Source: Candidatus Poriferihabitaceae bacterium (lineage in GTDB: Bacteria; Pseudomonadota; Gammaproteobacteria; Arenicellales; Poriferihabitantaceae). Taken from it: a DNA stretch of 64,000 nucleotides. Both the position numbers and the translations under genes were made by a program. Below the pieces are notes generated by a model that worked only from the letters and a program-made list of their open reading frames with translations, was not told the DNA's origin and did not search any database. Every line of letters starts with the position of its first letter. Within the stretch, counting starts at the first letter, position 1. Location of the stretch: contig OZ251537.1 in the NCBI GenBank assembly GCA_965243285.1, forward strand, positions 2,057,019-2,121,018, read 5' to 3'. Of the stretch, positions 58,237-64,000 are shown in pieces.

Positions 58237-61200
58237 ATGAAAAACATGCATAAAAATTACCGTATCGGTCTGGATGTAGGCACTAATTCATTGGGATGGA
58301 GCCTATTGTTGTTGGATGAAAATGGCGAACCTTCGAAAATCGAAGCCGCCGGCTCGCGAATTTTCACCGAGGGACGGGATGAGAAGAGCCAAGCCACGCT
58401 GGCATCCACCCGCCGCACCGCTCGCTCGGCGCGTCGCCGTCGCGACCGTTTCAAGCAACGGCAAAAATTTCTGTTGGATGTGCTCACTAAGTACGGATTA
58501 TTCCCGCAAGACGAGGCCACGAAGTCTGATCTGCAGAAAAAGAATCCACTGGCATTGCGCGGTCGCGCCTTGCAAGAAAAACTCACCCCCTATGAAATCG
58601 GCCGCGCGTTGTTTCACCTAAACCAGCGCCGCGGCTTCCAAAGCAATCGCAAAGATCGCAGCGAGGAAGCCACTAGCGGCAAAATATCGGAATCTTCGCG
58701 ACGGTTGTTAGAGGAAATGGGGTTGATCGAGGCCCCCATGTCGCGCGAGGACTATAAAAAACTTTCTCGGGATGATAAAAAATTGGCGCGCCAGCAAGCC
58801 GCGTCAGACCGGCGCAATGCCTTGGAAAAATTAGCGGCGCGAAAAAACTTGACCTATGGCGGTTTTTTATATGCGCGTCAACTGCGCGAGCAACCCACCC
58901 GCGCCCGTCCCGGGGCCGGGGATGACGGCAAATTATACGATGTGTATCCGACGCGCGAATTGTATAAAGATGAATTTAAGAAGATATGGGCGGCGCAACA
59001 ATCCCATCATGGTGACTTGATGACGGCGGCGGCGCGCGACCGTATCGACCATGTGATTTTTACCCAGCGCCCGCTAAAACCGCAGAAGGTGGGCATGTGC
59101 GCCTACATGGATGACGAGGAGCGCATGTTTCGCGCCATGCCCAGTTTTCAGCGCTATCGAATTTTTCAAGAAGTGAATAATCTGGAATGGCACACCAGCG
59201 ACGGGAAATTTAAACTGCTCAACTACCCGGATGCGCGCGATGCGATCATCGCCTTGCTCATGCGACCGCCGCACAAAGAAGAGCCGACCGATAAAAATGC
59301 GCAAGTAGGTTTTTTCGAGATGAAAAAAATCTTGAAGCGCATGGATGTGGCCGAGGGCAAGTTTCATTTTAATTTTGAAACACCGAAACGCAAAGGATTT
59401 GACGGCGACCTCACCGCGCACATGATGCATCACGAGGATTATGTCGGCGCGGATTGGCACGACTGGCCGCTTGAGAAACAAGATGAATTCGTGGCGGTGA
59501 TCATGGGCGATGAGATGAAAGATGAAGAAATTTGCGAACATTTGAGGCGCGACTATGGTTTGTCGCATGCTGCCGCCGAAAAGTGTCGGGATGCGCGCTT
59601 CAATGACGGCACCGCGGCTTTATCGCTCAAGGCAGCGCGGTTGTTGCTGCATGAAATGAAAGAAGGTTTGATGATTCAATCCGATGCGGTAGAAAAAGTA
59701 GCGGACGAAAATGAAAATTTCATCAACCCGTTTACCCGCAGCCGAGATGGGGAACTGCAAGATAACTTGCCATATTACGGCGAAGTTTTCGCTGACGGGC
59801 GGCATATCATCCCCGGCGACCGCATGGCGGAAGATGCGGGCGATGCGCGAAAATACTTCGGCGGCGTTACCAACCCCACGGTGCACATCGCGCTGAATCA
59901 AATACGACAAGTGGTCAATGAATTGATCACGCGCTATGGGCGGCCGGCCGAGATAGCGATTGAACTCGGGCGCAATTTGCCGGTGGGGGAAAAGGGGCGC
60001 AAGGAGATCGATAAAGAACAAAGGGATAATCAAGATAGGAATGAAAGGCTAAACAAAGAACTCCATGAGCAAGGTCAAGCGACCACTGTGAACAACCGCT
60101 TGCGCTTGGTGCTATGGAAGGAATTAGGCGCTGGCCCGAATGACCGACGCTGTCCATTTTCCGGTGACATCATCGGCGTGTCCGATTTATTCAACGGCAA
60201 CGCGGAAATCGAACACTTGATTCCATTCAGTCGTTCCTTAGACGATAGTCGCGCCAATAAGGTGATTTGCACCCGACGCGCGAATCGAGACAAAGGCAAG
60301 GCAACGCCTTTTGAGGCCTTTGGCGATGATCAGAAAAAGGGCTATGTATGGGATGAGATTTTCGAACGGGCGAAGGGTTTATCGAAACCAAAGCAGTGGC
60401 GGTTCCAAAAAGATGCCATGGAAATATGGGAGCGCGATGGTGATTTCACCTCCCGCCACCTTAATGACACGCGCTATATCGGGCGGGTGGCGCGGGAATA
60501 TCTCGAATGCGTTTGCCCGACTGATAAAATCGTGGTGTTGACCGGTCGGTTGACCGCCTTGCTGCGCCGGCATTGGGGCTTGAACAGCGTGCTGCACGAT
60601 GACAAAAATCTAGACGGCGAGCAACCGCCGAAAAAGAAAAACCGCGAAGACCATCGTCACCATGCCGTAGACGCCATCGTCATCGGTATGACTTCGCGCG
60701 CCATGTTACAAAAAGTATCTACGGCCGCCAATCGCACAGAAGATTTGTGCTTGCCTGCGATATTCGAGAAAAATCATGCTGGCGAAAGCGCCATCGATCC
60801 ATGGACTGGCTTTCGCAACGAGGTGCGCCAGGTGATTCAAAACATCGTGGTATCACATCGTTCGCGGCGGAAAAAAGCGGAGTTTAAAGAAACGCCGACC
60901 GGCAAGCGCATTCCGTTATCGACCAGCGGGCAACTCCATAACGAGACCGCCTATGGAATTATTTCCGGCGCGGATAAAAAGGGCTTATCGGCAGTGGTGG
61001 TGCGCAAACCCGTGGATTGGTTTGATAGTGAAAGCCGCCTAGAATCCATTCGTAATGCGTACTTGCGTAATAAATTCATGCAAGCATTTAAATCCGGCGG
61101 GGATAAAGCCGACCGGAAAAAACAAGTGGCTGCCCTTGCCCAGGAATTGCGCATTAGAGGCTTGCGCCGCACCGAAAAACTCAAAGTGATTCCGATCACG

Positions 61201-61668
61201 GATAAAACCGGAAAAGAATATAAGGCCTACAAAGGGGACAGCAATTGGGGGATGGAAATCTATGAATATCCGTCCGGGCACAAAAAATCGGGGAAATGGG
61301 CCGGCATCGTGATTTCCACATTCGATGCTAACAAACATGACTTCGAACCCGGGCAGACTTACAAGCCGCATCCGGCGGCGAAACTCGTTATGCGGTTGCA
61401 GATTAATGACTGCATTGAAATTAAGGAGAATGATAAAAAACGCATCATGCGTTTGCAAACAATCTCCGACAGGTTATCTTTCGCAGAACTCTATGAAGCG
61501 AATGTGGATGCGCGTAACCGGAACAAGGAAGATGCGTTTAATTACTATCGTAAAACAGCAAGCGCATTAAAATCGGTGGCGGCGCGCAAGGTTCACATCA
61601 GCCCGGCGGGCAAGGTCAACTATGAAAAACGCCGCAAACCGCGCCGCAAGCCCGATAACGAATCCTGA
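58237..61668 (+). CDS. cas9: Cas9, type II-C
   Basis: 1143 aa. RuvC-I YRIGLDVGTNSLGW, Arg-rich bridge helix RRTARSARRRRDRFKQR, HNH EIEHLIPFSRSLDDSRANKV, and RuvC-III DHRHHAVDAIVIG. It is followed only by cas1 and cas2. Confidence 0.95.
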   Translation: MKNMHKNYRIGLDVGTNSLGWSLLLLDENGEPSKIEAAGSRIFTEGRDEKSQATLASTRRTARSARRRRDRFKQRQKFLLDVLTKYGLFPQDEATKSDLQKKNPLALRGRALQEKLTPYEIGRALFHLNQRRGFQSNRKDRSEEATSGKISESSRRLLEEMGLIEAPMSREDYKKLSRDDKKLARQQAASDRRNALEKLAARKNLTYGGFLYARQLREQPTRARPGAGDDGKLYDVYPTRELYKDEFKKIWAAQQSHHGDLMTAAARDRIDHVIFTQRPLKPQKVGMCAYMDDEERMFRAMPSFQRYRIFQEVNNLEWHTSDGKFKLLNYPDARDAIIALLMRPPHKEEPTDKNAQVGFFEMKKILKRMDVAEGKFHFNFETPKRKGFDGDLTAHMMHHEDYVGADWHDWPLEKQDEFVAVIMGDEMKDEEICEHLRRDYGLSHAAAEKCRDARFNDGTAALSLKAARLLLHEMKEGLMIQSDAVEKVADENENFINPFTRSRDGELQDNLPYYGEVFADGRHIIPGDRMAEDAGDARKYFGGVTNPTVHIALNQIRQVVNELITRYGRPAEIAIELGRNLPVGEKGRKEIDKEQRDNQDRNERLNKELHEQGQATTVNNRLRLVLWKELGAGPNDRRCPFSGDIIGVSDLFNGNAEIEHLIPFSRSLDDSRANKVICTRRANRDKGKATPFEAFGDDQKKGYVWDEIFERAKGLSKPKQWRFQKDAMEIWERDGDFTSRHLNDTRYIGRVAREYLECVCPTDKIVVLTGRLTALLRRHWGLNSVLHDDKNLDGEQPPKKKNREDHRHHAVDAIVIGMTSRAMLQKVSTAANRTEDLCLPAIFEKNHAGESAIDPWTGFRNEVRQVIQNIVVSHRSRRKKAEFKETPTGKRIPLSTSGQLHNETAYGIISGADKKGLSAVVVRKPVDWFDSESRLESIRNAYLRNKFMQAFKSGGDKADRKKQVAALAQELRIRGLRRTEKLKVIPITDKTGKEYKAYKGDSNWGMEIYEYPSGHKKSGKWAGIVISTFDANKHDFEPGQTYKPHPAAKLVMRLQINDCIEIKENDKKRIMRLQTISDRLSFAELYEANVDARNRNKEDAFNYYRKTASALKSVAARKVHISPAGKVNYEKRRKPRRKPDNES

Positions 61669-61674
61669 ATCCCT

Positions 61675-62583
61675 GTGACCGGGCAAATCGTCGAAATCAC
61701 TCAGCCAGGCTACTGGTTGAGTAAGGCAAGGGGATTTTTGGAAGTCTCGGAAAAGGGCGGAAAAATCGGGCAAGTGCCGCTGGACGACATCGCAGCGGTG
61801 ATTATTTCAACCCCCGGTTGCTCGGTGTCCACGGTGCTTATCGATCACCTGTGCCGGCGCAATGTGCCGTTGGTTATTTGCGGCGAAAACTATTTGCCGA
61901 CTAGTTTCACCATGCCGTTGCATGGCTATAACCGGCAGTTTCATGTCATGCGGGCGCAAGCGGCGTTGACGGCGCCGCGCCGCAAGCGGGTGTGGCAAAA
62001 AATCGTCCGCGCCAAAATCAACAACCAAGCCGAAGTGCTGGCGCGCATCGGCCACAGCCCCAAACCATTGCAGCGCATCGCCGGCAAAGTGCGCGCCGGC
62101 GACCCGGAAAACTGCGAGGCGCAGGCGGCGCGGGTGTATTGGCAGAGTCTTTTCGGCGCCGAGTTTCGCCGCAACCGAGCCGCGCCCGGCATCAATGCGG
62201 CATTAAACTACACCTACACCATCGTTCGCGCTTGCGTGGCGCGCGGCGCCAGCGGGGCCGGTTTGCATCCCAGTTTTAGTTTGCACCATAAAAATCCGCA
62301 AAATTCGTTTAACTTGGTGGATGACCTCATGGAGCCCTTCCGCCCGATAACCGATTACGCGATTTACCAGCGTTTGGGCTCGGTGCAAGTGGATTTGAGC
62401 CCGCAAATCAAGAGTCAACTGGCGGCGATTACCGCATTGGTGGTGCCGCTGGCTGGGGAGGGGCCGCCGTTATCCATGGCGGCGGTCAAAATGTGCCGTT
62501 CTTTCGCGGCCTATTATTTGGGCGAAAATGATGATGTGCTGCTGCCGTCCCTGCCGTCTCCACTGGAGATAGCGGCGTTATGA
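61675..62583 (+). CDS. cas1: Cas1 integrase (GTG start)
   Basis: 302 aa, 6 nt after cas9. Typical type II Cas1 features (NVPLVICGENYLP, NAALNYTYTI, HPSFSLHH, DLMEPFRP). Confidence 0.93.
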   Translation: MTGQIVEITQPGYWLSKARGFLEVSEKGGKIGQVPLDDIAAVIISTPGCSVSTVLIDHLCRRNVPLVICGENYLPTSFTMPLHGYNRQFHVMRAQAALTAPRRKRVWQKIVRAKINNQAEVLARIGHSPKPLQRIAGKVRAGDPENCEAQAARVYWQSLFGAEFRRNRAAPGINAALNYTYTIVRACVARGASGAGLHPSFSLHHKNPQNSFNLVDDLMEPFRPITDYAIYQRLGSVQVDLSPQIKSQLAAITALVVPLAGEGPPLSMAAVKMCRSFAAYYLGENDDVLLPSLPSPLEIAAL

Positions 62584-62921
62584 GCCGCCGCATTTATCTA
62601 AGCCCGTACCGCATCATGTGGCTTTTCGTCATGTTCGATTTGCCGGTGGGCACGCGAAAAGAGCGCAAAGAGGCGAGCGGTTTTCGCAATAACTTGCTGG
62701 ATATGGGGTTTGAAATGTCGCAGTTTTCGATCTACCTAAAATACTGCGCATCCGGGGAAAAAGCGGACTCCGTCGGCGGCAGAATCCAAAAAAAACTGCC
62801 CCCCGGCGGAAAAGTGGATATTCTCACCATCACCGACAAGCAATTTGCCAACATGAAACGATTTTATGCCCGAGGGCACCTCTCAAATGCTGGCCAACCC
62901 AAGCAATTACGGCTGTTTTAG
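62580..62921 (+). CDS. cas2: Cas2
   Basis: 113 aa, 4 nt overlap with cas1. N-terminal beta-strand MWLFVMFDLPV with a catalytic Asp. Ferredoxin-like size. Confidence 0.9.
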   Translation: MSRRIYLSPYRIMWLFVMFDLPVGTRKERKEASGFRNNLLDMGFEMSQFSIYLKYCASGEKADSVGGRIQKKLPPGGKVDILTITDKQFANMKRFYARGHLSNAGQPKQLRLF

Positions 62922-62957
62922 CGGAGTTTTCTTCGTTAGTAATGAAGAAAACTCCGC
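62921..62957. terminator. Perfect 14 bp stem-loop between cas2 and the array (no U-tract)
   Basis: GCGGAGTTTTCTTC-gttagtaat-GAAGAAAACTCCGC. The left arm starts at the last base of the cas2 stop codon. Confidence 0.4.
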
Positions 62958-62983
62958 ATAAAACAATAACTTACACAACCCCT

Positions 62984-64000
62984 GATTATACAGGGGGGGA
63001 ACAGGTAGGGCTAAGACAACGCCGGCAAGCCGGACGGTCTTATCCGTTTCGATTATACAGGGGGGGAACAGGTAGGGCTAAGACAACGGAAATCACCGAG
63101 GGCCTCGAGCGGCTAGCGATTATACAGGGGGGGAACAGGTAGGGCTAAGACAACATGTCTTGGTTTATTGTGTACGGATAGCCGGATTATACAGGGGGGG
63201 AACAGGTAGGGCTAAGACAACTGGCTAAACAAGCGACTAAACATCTGGACTGATTATACAGGGGGGGAACAGGTAGGGCTAAGACAACGGCGGCGGCGAG
63301 GCGCGCCAAGCCCCCCATGATTATACAGGGGGGGAACAGGTAGGGCTAAGACAACACCATGCCCTCACGGGTGCGCTCGCTTGGCGATTATACAGGGGGG
63401 GAACAGGTAGGGCTAAGACAACAAACTAACCTCGCACACATCGACCAACTCAGATTATACAGGGGGGGAACAGGTAGGGCTAAGACAACTGACCGGCGCG
63501 ACCGCATTTAGCATTTAGATTATACAGGGGGGGAACAGGTAGGGCTAAGACAACGCATGGATGATGATAAAGTCAACGCCGCTAGATTATACAGGGGGGG
63601 AACAGGTAGGGCTAAGACAACACGCCTTTGAATTGGCCCGCCGAGTTAGAGATTATACAGGGGGGGAACAGGTAGGGCTAAGACAACGGTATCTGGCTGG
63701 ATATTATTATCCAGTCGGGATTATACAGGGGGGGAACAGGTAGGGCTAAGACAACGCAGGCATGCGATGTGTTCAATAATGGTCGGATTATACAGGGGGG
63801 GAACAGGTAGGGCTAAGACAACGATCGACCATCATGGCCGCCGAAAGCGAGGGATTATACAGGGGGGGAACAGGTAGGGCTAAGACAACAACCTATCGCC
63901 GGCGATGAAGGAACTAGAGGGATTATACAGGGGGGGAACAGGTAGGGCTAAGACAACACAAGGGCGAGTTGGTATTCCACCAGCGGCGATTATACAGGGG
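62984..64000 (-). CRISPR. Type II-C CRISPR array: 15 complete repeats and 1 truncated at the window edge, 15 spacers
   Basis: The 37 nt repeat GATTATACAGGGGGGGAACAGGTAGGGCTAAGACAAC is identical in all copies. Starts: 62984, 63051, 63118, 63185, 63252, 63319, 63386, 63453, 63518, 63585, 63651, 63719, 63786, 63853, 63921, 63988. Spacers are 28-31 nt and all different. The minus strand is given as crRNA sense because the reverse complement starts GTTGT and ends TGTATAATC. Confidence 0.97.

Overview
This 64 kb window looks like a GC-rich chromosomal segment of a probable gammaproteobacterium. The evidence is synteny: rluD/bamD divergent, fxsA-groESL, radC-coaBC-dut, and zur-znuCB/znuA. Core genes include parC, moaB/moaDE, dsbD, groESL, comEC, soxBDAG, nadC, dapA and a carnitine/betaine cluster with caiD and betA.

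Four things interrupt this backbone:
1. An AT-rich island at 482-8119 carries a complete type I Zorya system (zorABCD). Its ZorD has a C-terminal Mrr-like nuclease module.
2. A minimal type II-C CRISPR-Cas locus (cas9-cas1-cas2) sits at 58237-64000. The array has at least 16 repeats and runs off the window. Each repeat ends in a TATAAT box on the minus strand, and a candidate tracrRNA lies upstream of cas9.
3. Two AT-rich islets each carry an orphan beta-class DNA methyltransferase. One of the two is fused to an HNH nuclease.
4. A pervasive family of modular intergenic elements fills nine intergenic regions. Each is built from double-hairpin cores, a conserved hairpin module, 6-7 nt microsatellites and AT-rich terminal inverted repeats. 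I cannot place this family in any repeat class I know, and it is the most unusual signal here. One copy has the methyltransferase-HNH gene nested inside it.

Further oddities:
- Unrelated tandem arrays that share a 13 bp period.
- In-frame tandem expansions inside housekeeping genes.
- A 163 bp tandem duplication at the znuC/znuB junction that creates a chimeric coupling ORF.
- A peroxiredoxin-like gene with two in-frame stops and no frameshift.
- An MFS transporter gene without a canonical start codon.
- Perfect CIRCE and Zur operators.

All product calls rest on motif recognition and remembered family features. No database search was run. Coordinates of non-coding features were counted by hand and may be off by a few nt.
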